NCBI GenBank assembly: GCA_965216565.1
Contig: OZ244170.1
Span: forward strand, 1,120,001 to 1,184,000
DNA: 64,000 nucleotides
Source of the DNA: Bythopirellula sp.
GTDB lineage: Bacteria > Planctomycetota > Planctomycetia > Pirellulales > Lacipirellulaceae
Direction of reading: 5' to 3'
Shown piece by piece: positions 29,899 to 40,075 of the stretch. A program made the translations under genes and the position numbers. A model generated the notes under the pieces. It made no database searches and had not been told where the DNA came from. It was given only the letters and a program-made list of their open reading frames with translations. The stretch's first letter is position 1; every line of letters starts with the position of its first letter.

Positions 29899-30792
29899 CT
29901 AGGTGACTTTCATGGGGGTTTTCACATCGCGCCGGAGCCTTATGCGTCCGCCTAGCAGTGACTCCAGGAAAAAAAGAACATAAGGGACGCACCAAAACAA
30001 TACTTTCGGACGAGGCGCGTGAGACCGTACAAAGGCCCACCATTGTCGGGGAGGTCGATAGCCTTTAGGTCCGAGGAGTTTTTTCCAGCGTTGTGCCGTC
30101 GTAAGTTTGGTGTCAAATGAAGAGCCGGAGATCGGATTCAACTTGCACTTGCCCAAATAGCCAGGTGCCAAGAGTAGCGGGATCCCCGCGCGGGCGGCGC
30201 GAAGACCGTAATCTCCATCCGCAAAAAAGTGGGTATAGCTTTCGTCCAGCATCCCGACTTGCTCGTGGGCTGCTCTCGGTATCAGAACTATATTGCCATT
30301 AAAGGTATGGCAAGGAATAGGCTGATCTTGAGGGTTCATCACTCGCACATTGAACCAGTGTTCCCGATACATGCCGCCGGTGCAGGTCTCGCCGCAATCG
30401 GGATCACATGTGGCACCGACCACGATTGTCGACGGATCTTCTGCATTGGCTCGTACATCGAGTAACGTTTGAATAGTGCCCGGTTCAAGCTCTACATCGT
30501 CATTGAGCCAGAAATAGAAATCGGCATCACCCGCGGCACGCCAGGCCATTTGGGTACCACCGGCCCAATAGAGGTTGCCGTCGCCTTTCAAAACGCGAAC
30601 TTCTGGGAACTCACGACGAACTGCTTCTCCTGTGCCATCTGTGCAGCCATCATCGGTGAGATAGACGCCCAGCGTGTAGCCTTCCGGAATCGCTTGAGCA
30701 AATAGACTCTTCAAACACTGAAGAGTAGTCGCGCGACGATTGAAGCACGTCATCAAAACTGCAATCGTCATTTTCTGTGATTCACTATTCAT
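29899..30792 (-). CDS. GT2 family glycosyltransferase (rhamnosyltransferase-like)
   Basis: TCFNR, DDGCTDGT, G.GNLYW, WLNDD, NGN, ADGDYGLR. Confidence 0.88.
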   Translation of the reverse strand: MNSESQKMTIAVLMTCFNRRATTLQCLKSLFAQAIPEGYTLGVYLTDDGCTDGTGEAVRREFPEVRVLKGDGNLYWAGGTQMAWRAAGDADFYFWLNDDVELEPGTIQTLLDVRANAEDPSTIVVGATCDPDCGETCTGGMYREHWFNVRVMNPQDQPIPCHTFNGNIVLIPRAAHEQVGMLDESYTHFFADGDYGLRAARAGIPLLLAPGYLGKCKLNPISGSSFDTKLTTAQRWKKLLGPKGYRPPRQWWAFVRSHAPRPKVLFWCVPYVLFFLESLLGGRIRLRRDVKTPMKVT

Positions 30793-30841
30793 GCCACTAC
30801 ATCTGACTTCTTCAATATCTTTACAGAGCTCGATGGATCAC

Positions 30842-31945
30842 CTAGCGCATTCCTCGGTTCCTTACGATGGATGGAATAGTTAAGAGCAATAGCTTGCAAT
30901 CGGCCCATAGACCCTGTCGTTCGATATAATCAAGGTCCATTCTCATCCACTGCTCGAATTCAACCTCGCTGCGGCCCTCGACCTGCCAAATGCAGGTCAT
31001 TCCTGGTTTTACGTCGAGACGCCTGCGCTGCCAATTGGTGCAGGCCAGTGACTCTTCGGTTGGTAGAGGTCGGGGGCCAACCAGTGACATGTCCCCTCGC
31101 AGAACGTTCCAAAACTGCGGCAACTCGTCGATGCTACTAGCGCGGAGAAATCGGCCAATCCACGTGGTACGAGGATCACGCTTCATTTTGAATGCGGGTC
31201 CGTCTTGATGGCTTTCTGTTCGCAATTCACCTTGAAGATGTTCAGCATTTTCAATCATCGTGCGCATCTTATAGATGGTGAACTCCTTCCCCCCATGACC
31301 CTCGCGTTGTTGAGAGAAGAAGACAGGCCCTTGAGAAGTTGCCCTCACAGCGATCGCGGCCAAAGCCACAATTGGGGCTGAAACCGTCAGTCCGACCAAA
31401 CTGCCAACAACATCGAGGGCCCTTTTCCACAGGGGTTGTGGACTTACGAAGAAGCTACTGCCATTGGCCTCATGGGGAGGAGCTTGCTGAGTCTTTTTGG
31501 CTGAAGCGGATTCGCCGACAAACTTGTCTTCCCATGAATGAAGGCTACTGGGATAGACCAGCACTTCGCATTCGGGACGCTCTGGACCCGGAGGAAACAC
31601 ATCGCTGATATCGGCCGCAACCTTCCAAGCACCTTCGCTGGGAGTATCTGGCAGCAGGACACCAACCCGCCCGTCGTCGAGCAAGCCCGAAGTATCTGTC
31701 ATCCGCAGGCGCCCTTCTAAGACTCGTGCGAGAAAGGCTATGTCCTTCTCAGAACCTAGCTCGCTCGACAGGCGGATGAGAATCATGGAAAGAACTGAGC
31801 CATTTCGATCGACTCGCATTCTTTCGCAAGCGGCAGCAGATCGAAACTCAGTGTCGTTCAAAAAATATTCGGAAAGCTCGTCCGCTAACTTCAGGCGAAC
31901 AAGTTTGGTCTGCAGTCGATTCGACTTCGTATTCTGGGGAGGCAT
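30842..31945 (-). CDS. Priming polyprenyl-phosphate sugar-1-P transferase fused to an N-terminal degenerate GGDEF domain
   Basis: C-terminal KRALD, YKMRTM, DPR, SIDELPQFWNVLRGDMSLVGPRP; N-terminal RMTD-TSGLL-DDGRV-GVLLP aligns with RxxD-x5-GGDEF-xxLLP. Confidence 0.88.
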   Translation of the reverse strand: MPPQNTKSNRLQTKLVRLKLADELSEYFLNDTEFRSAAACERMRVDRNGSVLSMILIRLSSELGSEKDIAFLARVLEGRLRMTDTSGLLDDGRVGVLLPDTPSEGAWKVAADISDVFPPGPERPECEVLVYPSSLHSWEDKFVGESASAKKTQQAPPHEANGSSFFVSPQPLWKRALDVVGSLVGLTVSAPIVALAAIAVRATSQGPVFFSQQREGHGGKEFTIYKMRTMIENAEHLQGELRTESHQDGPAFKMKRDPRTTWIGRFLRASSIDELPQFWNVLRGDMSLVGPRPLPTEESLACTNWQRRRLDVKPGMTCIWQVEGRSEVEFEQWMRMDLDYIERQGLWADCKLLLLTIPSIVRNRGMR

Positions 31946-32124
31946 TTCAAATGTGGCTAAATCAATGGTGGTAGTCGGTACGCGTAAACAACTTCAACAA
32001 TTCACTGGATCACTGGCTGGGATCCATCAGACACAGGCTTCCAATAGCTAATAGAGCAATCAGACTTTTTAATGATTCGCAGCAGTGTATTATGCTCGAA
32101 ATCTCAACTTCTGAATGCCATTTA

Positions 32125-32148
32125 GCATTTCTCAAAGCTGAGAAATGC
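32125..32148. promoter_or_regulatory. Perfect 10-bp inverted repeat in the divergent intergenic region (candidate operator)
   Basis: GCATTTCTCA-AAGC-TGAGAAATGC. Confidence 0.5.
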
Positions 32149-32537
32149 AAGGCTTTGGGGCAGGGGACAACTAGGCCTCGTCGAATCGGGCAGCCAAAGT
32201 TGCCTCGATGCCGCTCGTCACGTTGTCTAGAACAATCCTGGTGATGGGTCCTTAACTTTGCGATTACTAGAAATGCCGATTATAATTCCATACGAAAGCC
32301 CGGGTTCGACTATTCCGGCCCATTTTTTCCAAATTCCCTGATTGCTGGCTTTTCGTTCTTCTCTTCGTGGATGCATGAAAGTATGTAGATTTGTGAACCA
32401 GATTTTATCTAGGAAACGAAAGCGGTCGTAAAGGTATGAGAAAGCAAGACTTGCGTGCACCATCCGATAAATCTGTTCGGGAGGATCCAGGGCTACATTT
32501 CCCCTTTCGACTGCTTGCCAGCAGAGGATGAGAAACC

Positions 32538-33344
32538 ATGTTCTCTTTCTCTGAGCGGGCGAACCCTGGTACGGGAATAGAGCTAGGCTGCTGTTTAATT
32601 GACCGTGAAACGGGGAAAATCAAATTTTCAGATCGCAGATTCGACGAATGGACCAAATCAGTCTTAGGGCTAAGTACCCTGACCGAGATTGCCAGCTTCT
32701 TGCCGGAGTTCCAAACGTCTGAGTTCTTTGGCAAAGGGCAACACTGCTTCAAGGAAGTAGTTGTTGCAGGCCCTCTCATCACAAAGCTCTCGGTGCAATT
32801 GGAAGCCGTTGAACTAGAGGGCGATGGGAATAGGGTTACCTTGCTAAGGTTCTATTCCGAGCACCCGCGGAAGGACATTGGGAATCACGATTCTCTGACG
32901 GGCTTGCCGGACCGTAGCGCCCTCACTGAATACGTCGAGCATCTAACGTCACGCATTCCATTTGTCCCATACGTTTTGCTATTCTTGGACTTGGATCAGT
33001 TCAAGCAGATTAACGATGAGCATGGCCATAGAGCGGGAGACTTAGTGCTCATTGAAGTAGTGCGACGTTGGAAAGAGGCACTCCGTTCTGAGGATTTTGC
33101 CTGCCGCTATGGTGGCGACGAATTCGTGATTGTTCTATCGGGGATCAATCAGAGAGAGAATGTTTCTCAGATCGTAGACCGCCTGAAAGCCTCGACTGCC
33201 GAGCCAGTAGTTCTTCAGAAACAACAGGTTTCAACTACGGTTTCCATCGGGACTGTTCTGGCGGACAAGCCGTCGGTAAGCCTCAATGAGCTGATTGATA
33301 CTGCGGATAGAGCGATGTATGAGCGAAAGCGTTCGTCGCCCTAA
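32538..33344 (+). CDS. Diguanylate cyclase (GGDEF) with a small N-terminal domain
   Basis: HDSLTGLPDR, DLDQFKQINDEHGH..GD, RSED-FACRY-GGDEF, SIG, AD.AMY. Confidence 0.92.
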   Translation: MFSFSERANPGTGIELGCCLIDRETGKIKFSDRRFDEWTKSVLGLSTLTEIASFLPEFQTSEFFGKGQHCFKEVVVAGPLITKLSVQLEAVELEGDGNRVTLLRFYSEHPRKDIGNHDSLTGLPDRSALTEYVEHLTSRIPFVPYVLLFLDLDQFKQINDEHGHRAGDLVLIEVVRRWKEALRSEDFACRYGGDEFVIVLSGINQRENVSQIVDRLKASTAEPVVLQKQQVSTTVSIGTVLADKPSVSLNELIDTADRAMYERKRSSP

Positions 33345-33511
33345 CATCGAGTTGTGGCCCGAGGGAAAATTTCAGCCCCTAAAAACCACAATCGGGGGGG
33401 AAGCACGAACCTGGTTTATACGCAAAAGTGTCAAATCGCTGTTGATAGCATGATTGCTAAGTGCATAATCAGCGGCATGCAGAAAGTCACTAGTTTTATC
33501 CGGCAAAATTA

Positions 33512-33540
33512 TTGACAGGCTATGGAAATAGCATTACATT
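33512..33540 (+). promoter_or_regulatory. Sigma70-type promoter
   Basis: TTGACA, 17-bp spacer, TACATT; the spacer contains the palindrome GCTAT-GGAA-ATAGC. Confidence 0.7.
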
Positions 33541-33641
33541 GCTCGGAAAGCAGCAGTTTTTGTCCTTTCACAATTTCGGTATTGATCTAATTATCTAGAA
33601 TTCAGTACAAGTCCTCCCTAGGGTAGGTACCGCTAATAAAG

Positions 33642-33714
33642 AAGCGATTTTCAGGTTCTTATTCTTCGCCGCATTGGCAAATGCGCGAAATAAGGCCCTG
33701 GAAATCGCTTTTTT
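33642..33714 (+). terminator. Long hairpin followed by a U-tract (terminator/attenuator or sRNA 3' end)
   Basis: AAGCGATTTTCAGGTTCTTATT..GCATT-GGCA-AATGC..AATAAGGCCCTGGAAATCGCTT followed by TTTT. Confidence 0.6.
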
Positions 33715-34049
33715 CGTTGATGTATCGAATCTTAAGGAGCAGAAACGCAGAGTGAAATTGCCTAGAGCGTTAGGCAGTTTGTGTGCGTTTGAGGTAAAGC
33801 TAATTAAGTAAACCGGCGCTTCTATAAGTCCCTATTCAGACTGCCAGGTCAGTCTGTCGTCGTGGATTTATGGCAAGCGTTTTCTTTTTTGTATTTAGCT
33901 CCAATCAAGAGCCAAGGAAGGATTGCTGGTTGGATTTCATTTGGTGCAACGCTCACTAGTTTCAAGGCACCGGTACAGAGACGCGTTGCAGGGGTTTGAG
34001 CAGGCTAGTTTTGCTCGCTTGCAGTTTTCTAATATTCTGGAGAGACCTA

Positions 34050-34808
34050 ATGTTTTACAGCTATTGTTACAAGTTCTCCTTGTTTCTAGTGCTAACTTTC
34101 GCAATTGTTTCGTCAGCGTCCGCTGACCTGATTCATCCCGACGTGATGGGGGATACGGTTTGGTACACATCAATTTCAGAAGGCTCGCCAACAGGTGATC
34201 CGCTGCCTCTCTATGGTGCACCCTCGGTTGCAGGGAACGTACTCACCTTTCCTACCACGGGAAGTTTCTCTGCCACATCAGCGGCAGGTAGTGGCCCTGA
34301 CCAGACAGATGGCAAGTTAACTTTCATGGTCGAAGCCAAGCCAGGCCAAGAGCTGGCAGGCATCGGCTTCAATGAAGTTGGTCTAACTCGTCTCGCGGCA
34401 CCGTTTGGTGGAGACGCTTTCTCAAACGTCGAAGCATTTGCTGTCATTGAAATCAACAAGATTGACGGCAATATCGTCAACGAGCCTTCTATCACTGAGT
34501 TCTTCGATTTCACCCCGAACGACGTGTTTCAGCACTCAGTCGATGCCACTGGGCCCGTTTTCTCCAGTGCATGGCGTGGAACTGCTGGAGTTCGGTTTCG
34601 CCGACCGGTGACCAAAGTTACCGTCACATTGAATAATATCCTGCTTGCCGCCACGACGGACGACGTAGGCACAGCAGCTTTGATCGATAAGAAGCAATTC
34701 CGCGTGCGAGTCCCAACACGTGAGATTATTCCCGAGCCCACAACTGTTGTATTGGGCTGCGTCTTCGGACTGATGGCGATTGTATTGCCAGCCTCCAGAA
34801 GACTCTAA
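34050..34808 (+). CDS. PEP-CTERM (exosortase substrate) surface protein
   Basis: RBS GGAGA, signal peptide ending ASA, C-terminal IPEPTT, TM helix and RR. Confidence 0.88.
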   Translation: MFYSYCYKFSLFLVLTFAIVSSASADLIHPDVMGDTVWYTSISEGSPTGDPLPLYGAPSVAGNVLTFPTTGSFSATSAAGSGPDQTDGKLTFMVEAKPGQELAGIGFNEVGLTRLAAPFGGDAFSNVEAFAVIEINKIDGNIVNEPSITEFFDFTPNDVFQHSVDATGPVFSSAWRGTAGVRFRRPVTKVTVTLNNILLAATTDDVGTAALIDKKQFRVRVPTREIIPEPTTVVLGCVFGLMAIVLPASRRL

Positions 34809-34846
34809 GCTGAGGAACTAGCGACTCGTCGCTGATAACGATATAC

Positions 34847-34886
34847 AAATAGCGGGCGATCTATTCTTTAGGTCGTCCGCTATTTT
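34847..34886 (+). terminator. Rho-independent terminator
   Basis: AAATAGCGGGCGATCTA...TAGGTCGTCCGCTATTTT. Confidence 0.65.
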
Positions 34887-34970
34887 GCTGCGCCAAATAG
34901 CCTACGATCGTGGGGGTCTACGACCGTGGCCAAGAATCACATTAGACCGTCGTGGATGAATTGAGTTGAT

Positions 34971-36701
34971 ATGACGAATCGAGACATCGCAGCTGTATTT
35001 GAGCAGCTTGCCGACTTGCTGGAATTTCAGGGCGCCAACGCATTCCGAATCCGTGCCTATCGCGGCGGTGCCCGACGTATCGCGGATCTGAGCGAGCCCA
35101 TTTCTGCCATTGCCGAGGACGACTCGCGAAATCTCACTGATTTGGAAGGCATTGGTAAAGACCTGGCTGAAAAGATCAAAACACTGTTGGCTACGGGCAA
35201 ACTTCCGCAATTAGAGGAACTATTATCCGAGATCCCTGAGTCAGTGCTGGCGATACTCCGGGTGCCTGGGCTAGGGCCCAAGAAAGCCGCAGCGCTGTAC
35301 CGCGAGCTTGATGTGACAACGCTGGACGACTTGAAGCAGGCTTGCGAAGCACACCAAGTCCGCGAGCTCAAGGGGTTCGGCCCCAAAACCGAAGAGACGA
35401 TTTTGAAGGGCCTAGATATCGCCGCCCAGGCCGAAAAGCGAACGCGTTGGGCGGATGCGGATGTCATTGTTCAAGAGCTATTAGCCCATTTGCGTGCGGT
35501 CGATGGAATAGAGCAAATGGAAATGGCTGGTAGTTACCGCCGCGGCTGCGAAACGATTGGCGACCTCGACGTGCTCGTCGAAGCCAACGACAGTACCGAA
35601 GTGATGGATCGCCTGGAAGAATTTCCTGGCATCTCAGAAGTCATCGTGCGTGGCGAAACCAAGATGTCGATCCGCCTTGCTAGTGGAATCCAGATCGATT
35701 TGCGGGTGGTCCCGGGAGAATCTTTTGGAGCCGCGTTACAGTATTTCACCGGTTCGAAAGACCATAACGTAGAAGTTCGCGGCCGGGCCAAGCAGCAGGG
35801 ACTGAAGGTAAACGAGTGGGGCGTGTTTCGTGTTTCCAGTGAGGATGATGAGCAGTATGTCGCTGGACGAACTGAATCTGAAGTCTACGAGGCCTTAGGA
35901 TTACCTTTATTCAGCCCTCAGATTCGCGAAGCTCGCGACGAGTTCGCTCTAGCCGAAGCAGGGGAGTTGCCCACGCTTGTCGAGCTGGCTGACATCTGCG
36001 GAGATCTCCACATGCACACGACTGCCAGTGATGGTAAGGCGACACTGGACGAGATGGTGGCAGCCGCACAGCAGCGAGGTTTGCAGTACATCGCGATCAC
36101 CGATCATTCGCAGCGAGTGTCGATGGCAGGTGGTCTTGATCCAGGTCGACTGCGTCAGCAATGGGAGGAAATCGATGAGCTCAAAGATCGCATAGACGGG
36201 ATAGAAGTCCTTAAAGGAATCGAATGTGATATCCTAGAGAAAGGTGGTATGGATCTGCCTGATGACGTACTAGCTGAGGCCGATTGGGTGATCGCTAGTG
36301 TTCACTATGGCCAGAATCAATCTGAGAAACAGATCACGGAACGCATCTTGGGTGCCCTCGAGAACCCGCACGTTGATATCTTAGCCCATCCCACAGGCCG
36401 ACTCATAAACCGACGCGAGCCCTACGAAGTAGACATGGAGCAAGTGTTTACGGCTGCCGCGAAGTACGGCAAGTGTCTTGAACTCAACGCCAACCCGGCC
36501 CGACTCGATTTGCACGATATCCACTGTGCTGCCGCCAAACGTCATGGAGTCCCGATCGTCATTAGCACGGACGCCCACCATACCGGTGGACTGGACGTAA
36601 TGCGGTACGGCATCCTCCAAGCTCGCCGCGGTGGATTAACTGCCGCAGATGTGGCCAATACCCGAAGCTGGGAAGATTTTGCGGAGTTGTTAAAGGACTA
36701 G
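34971..36701 (+). CDS. polX: DNA polymerase X family with C-terminal PHP domain
   Basis: HhH motifs (GIG, GLGPK, GFGPK), GSYRR..TIGDLD, YFTGSK.HN; PHP motifs DLHMHT..SDG, TDHS, DAH. Confidence 0.93.
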   Translation: MTNRDIAAVFEQLADLLEFQGANAFRIRAYRGGARRIADLSEPISAIAEDDSRNLTDLEGIGKDLAEKIKTLLATGKLPQLEELLSEIPESVLAILRVPGLGPKKAAALYRELDVTTLDDLKQACEAHQVRELKGFGPKTEETILKGLDIAAQAEKRTRWADADVIVQELLAHLRAVDGIEQMEMAGSYRRGCETIGDLDVLVEANDSTEVMDRLEEFPGISEVIVRGETKMSIRLASGIQIDLRVVPGESFGAALQYFTGSKDHNVEVRGRAKQQGLKVNEWGVFRVSSEDDEQYVAGRTESEVYEALGLPLFSPQIREARDEFALAEAGELPTLVELADICGDLHMHTTASDGKATLDEMVAAAQQRGLQYIAITDHSQRVSMAGGLDPGRLRQQWEEIDELKDRIDGIEVLKGIECDILEKGGMDLPDDVLAEADWVIASVHYGQNQSEKQITERILGALENPHVDILAHPTGRLINRREPYEVDMEQVFTAAAKYGKCLELNANPARLDLHDIHCAAAKRHGVPIVISTDAHHTGGLDVMRYGILQARRGGLTAADVANTRSWEDFAELLKD

Positions 36702-36752
36702 GTTCGAATCATGCCGTCGATCGTACGTAACTCAGAAAAAGAGTTCACAAAA

Positions 36753-36781
36753 TAGCCGGAGGCACACTTGCCTCCGGCTAC
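36753..36781. terminator. Perfect hairpin (GTAG-REP on the minus strand) between the convergent polX and RND genes
   Basis: TAGCCGGAGGCA-CACT-TGCCTCCGGCTA. Confidence 0.65.
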
Positions 36782-36829
36782 AGAATACTGAGACTCGGTA
36801 GTAGGCCAGTCGCGGTGCCTGACCTGCGG

Positions 36830-39800
36830 CTAGTGGCTCTTGCTAGGCAAGAGTTTGCCTCTGGAGAGTAACCCTCGTGTCGTGCGATAGGCACCAACCA
36901 TTGCAGGCTGCACGCTGTATGCCAGAGAGTAACAGACTGGGATCACCACGAGTGTGAGGACCGAAGCGAAAGCGAGTCCAAAGACCACAGCTGCCGTGAG
37001 AGGTTGCCAGAACTCGGCACCCCCCGAGATGTTTAGTAGCAATGGCAAGAGCCCGCCGATCGTGGAGACGGTCGTCAACATGACCGGCCGTAATCGGTTG
37101 ACTCCGGCTTCAACAACGGCTTCCCGAAGGGGCATGCCTCGCTTGCGGGCTTGATTCGTAAAGTCAACCAGCACGATCGCGTCGTTCACCACGATGCCGG
37201 TTAGACTCACTAAGCCAATGAACGAAGCGAGGCTAAACGGAAAGCCACAGAACCACATGCCGACGACCACACCGATAAAGCTCAGCGGGACAGTAATCAT
37301 CACAATGCCGCACTGACGAAAACTGTTGAACTGGGTGACGAGAATGCAGAAGATAAGGATCACTCCCAACGCCATGCTATAAAGCAGGTAGCGGAAGTTC
37401 TTGTCGCGCTCTTCGTTTTCGCCTGCAAACTGGGCTTTGATTCCTTCCGAGGGTGTAGTGGGCGTGCCGACGAACACCATCGAATTGCCTTTTACCGGCT
37501 GAAAACCTAAGTTCGGTAGCACATCGTTGCGGAGAACTTCGAATACGTCGTCCGGAAGAGTTGGTTTTACAACGTCGCATTGAGCAAGCACGGCTCGGTC
37601 TCGCTCGTATCGATTGATGCTGTAGAGACCCACATCGTTGCGAATGTCGGCGAGCTGAGAGATTGGAGCCTTGCGGCCGTCGGGGGCCGTGATCATCAAT
37701 CGCTTCAGGCTACTGGGATAACGCTGATACTCTGGCGCTAATTGGAGTCGCAGCGTGACATCTTCGTCATCGAGTGTAAGCTGAATTTGCGAGTCCCCGG
37801 CAATCGCTACTTGGACAGCTTGAGCGATCTGAGCCTCAGTCATTCCGTAGAGCCCTACAACATCCGGCTTCGGTTCGATTATCAACTCGGGATTATCAGG
37901 ACGGAAATCTGTCGAGGCATCGACGGTACCATCGATCATCTTCAGTTTCTTTTCGATGAATTCGCCAAGTTCCCCCAAACGGTCGAGGTCATCCCCGGTC
38001 AGCCGAACGGCTACATCGGAACCTGCAGGAGGGCCGTCTTCGACTTGCTTAATCGAAAACTTCATGCCGGGCAAAGGCTGAATATCGCGGCGGAGGGAAT
38101 CGATGATTTCCATTTCGTGGATTGAGCGATCTAGCGGCGAGAGCAACTCCACCATCACTTCGCCAAATTCAGGCCCAGTAGCCGTGTCATTTTCGATACG
38201 AGTCGCCAATCCCCCGGCAGAGCCTACCGCTGTTACGTAGTGTTGTAGCACCCCGCGCTCTTCCCATTTCCGCAGCGGCTCGACAATGGATTGCGAGGCA
38301 GCAAGCGTTTCTTCGATGCTGTAGCCCAGCGGGAGTTCGTACTTGATGCTGAACTGACCGCGATCGCTAGGAGGAAAGAACTCGAAACCTAGTTCACCAA
38401 ATAGGGTTCCCGCTCCTACCAGTGCCAGTGCGCAAAGGACCAACACGGCGTAGCGATTGGAAAGTGCGAAGTTCAAAACCTTGGCATAAATCCGCGTGCC
38501 TAATCCAAGGTTGGGACGGATATGCGTAGCCACGTCTGCTGTCTGGGCAGACGATCCGTTCGATACAACCGCCAGCACAGCCGTTTGGTCTTGCTTCGGC
38601 TCTTGCTTGCTGTACCACCTTGCTGCGAGGGTCGGAATCACAAAGTGATCGACTAGCACGGAGCCGAGCAGGGCAACGCTCACGACTTTGGGCATCACGC
38701 CCATAAAGTCTCCCATAATACCCGGGACCAATGTCATCGGCAAAAAGGCCGCGATCGTCGTGAGGTCTGCCGCAATCACGGGAAGTCCTACTTCTTCGAT
38801 GCCTACTTTCGCAGCGGTTGTAGGATCTTCACCTCGTTCAATATGTCGGTGAATATTCTCCGCCACGATAATGGCACCGTCGACGACCATTCCCAGCACT
38901 AGTATGAAGCTGAAGACAACCATGTTTGAGATCGGAATCTCGGCGAAATATAGAAACACTAGTCCCACTGCCGAACTGAACGGTATCGCGATCAGCACGA
39001 GAATCGAAATCCGCAGGCCCATCGTCCATGCCAGAATTACAAGCACCAGCATGGCACCGAACAAGGCACTGGAGCCCAGTACGCGGAACATGATCCAAAT
39101 CTCCTGCGAAGTATCGCGTGTCGGAGAAAAAGCAATGTCTGGATACTGCTGCCGAAGGTCTTCCAGTAACGCATTCACATCCTGAGCCGCCCCAAGCGTG
39201 TTGATGTCGGCTTCTTTGCGGACAACAATCGTGGCACAGTCCTTGCCATCGAATTGTGCCATGTTTTGCAGGCGTCGATACGTATCTATCACTTCGGCGA
39301 CGTCGCGAACCCGGATGACGCGCCCGTCGATACTGCTGACAACCGCTTCTCGGATGTCGTCCACTCCCCGAAACTTCGCTTCGTTGCGGATGGTGCGGTC
39401 GATGGTATCTGTATCGAAGGCACCGGCAGGGATCTTGGCATTGAAGTCGGCCAACGCCTGGCGGATTTGACGCAGCGTTAGACCGTACTGGGTCATTAGA
39501 TCGGGATTCACGTTTACATGAATCTCGCGTTCCTTACCGCCGAATAGTTGGGTATTGGCGATTCCATCGACTTCTGAAATTTGCTCCTCGACGTCCTCGG
39601 CAATTTGCTTGAGCGCCCGCTCGTCGAACCCTGGTGGACCCGCCAAGGTGACCAGCATTAAGGGGGCTCCCTCGAAATCGATCTTGATCACTTGTGGCTG
39701 AATTTCTCGACCGAGCGGAAGCTCGTTCCGGATGCGGTCCACTAGGTCTTTTACTTCTCGTTTCGCTTCGTCGGGATCAACCCCATCGAGAAACACCACC

Positions 39801-40075
39801 TGCGTAATGGAAGCACCGCGCAAGCTTGTCGAAGCCATAAAGTCGACGCTTTGTAGCTCTGTCAACGCTTCTTCCACCTTGCGGGCAATTTCGTTCTCCG
39901 CTTCGGTAGGTTGCGCATCGGGATACGGTATCGCTACCAAGACCACGGCTTTCGTGATCGCCGGGGTTCGCTGCACCGGAGTAAACGACATGGCATAGAG
40001 AGCCAGAAACAATACGAAGAGCGTCGCTACAAGGACGAAGCGTGGATGATCAATTGCTTGAGAGCTTAGCTTCAT
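36830..40075 (-). CDS. RND efflux transporter permease (AcrB/CzcA superfamily)
   Basis: 1081 aa with two large periplasmic loops; [34 protein letters not shown]. Confidence 0.93.
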   Translation of the reverse strand: MKLSSQAIDHPRFVLVATLFVLFLALYAMSFTPVQRTPAITKAVVLVAIPYPDAQPTEAENEIARKVEEALTELQSVDFMASTSLRGASITQVVFLDGVDPDEAKREVKDLVDRIRNELPLGREIQPQVIKIDFEGAPLMLVTLAGPPGFDERALKQIAEDVEEQISEVDGIANTQLFGGKEREIHVNVNPDLMTQYGLTLRQIRQALADFNAKIPAGAFDTDTIDRTIRNEAKFRGVDDIREAVVSSIDGRVIRVRDVAEVIDTYRRLQNMAQFDGKDCATIVVRKEADINTLGAAQDVNALLEDLRQQYPDIAFSPTRDTSQEIWIMFRVLGSSALFGAMLVLVILAWTMGLRISILVLIAIPFSSAVGLVFLYFAEIPISNMVVFSFILVLGMVVDGAIIVAENIHRHIERGEDPTTAAKVGIEEVGLPVIAADLTTIAAFLPMTLVPGIMGDFMGVMPKVVSVALLGSVLVDHFVIPTLAARWYSKQEPKQDQTAVLAVVSNGSSAQTADVATHIRPNLGLGTRIYAKVLNFALSNRYAVLVLCALALVGAGTLFGELGFEFFPPSDRGQFSIKYELPLGYSIEETLAASQSIVEPLRKWEERGVLQHYVTAVGSAGGLATRIENDTATGPEFGEVMVELLSPLDRSIHEMEIIDSLRRDIQPLPGMKFSIKQVEDGPPAGSDVAVRLTGDDLDRLGELGEFIEKKLKMIDGTVDASTDFRPDNPELIIEPKPDVVGLYGMTEAQIAQAVQVAIAGDSQIQLTLDDEDVTLRLQLAPEYQRYPSSLKRLMITAPDGRKAPISQLADIRNDVGLYSINRYERDRAVLAQCDVVKPTLPDDVFEVLRNDVLPNLGFQPVKGNSMVFVGTPTTPSEGIKAQFAGENEERDKNFRYLLYSMALGVILIFCILVTQFNSFRQCGIVMITVPLSFIGVVVGMWFCGFPFSLASFIGLVSLTGIVVNDAIVLVDFTNQARKRGMPLREAVVEAGVNRLRPVMLTTVSTIGGLLPLLLNISGGAEFWQPLTAAVVFGLAFASVLTLVVIPVCYSLAYSVQPAMVGAYRTTRGLLSRGKLLPSKSH

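Noticed and set aside
33640..33720. c-di-GMP-I riboswitch (contains GGCAAA)
   Set aside because: Lacks the recognisable GGCAAACC..GAAA..GACGCAAAGC two-hairpin layout; kept only as an unassigned hairpin
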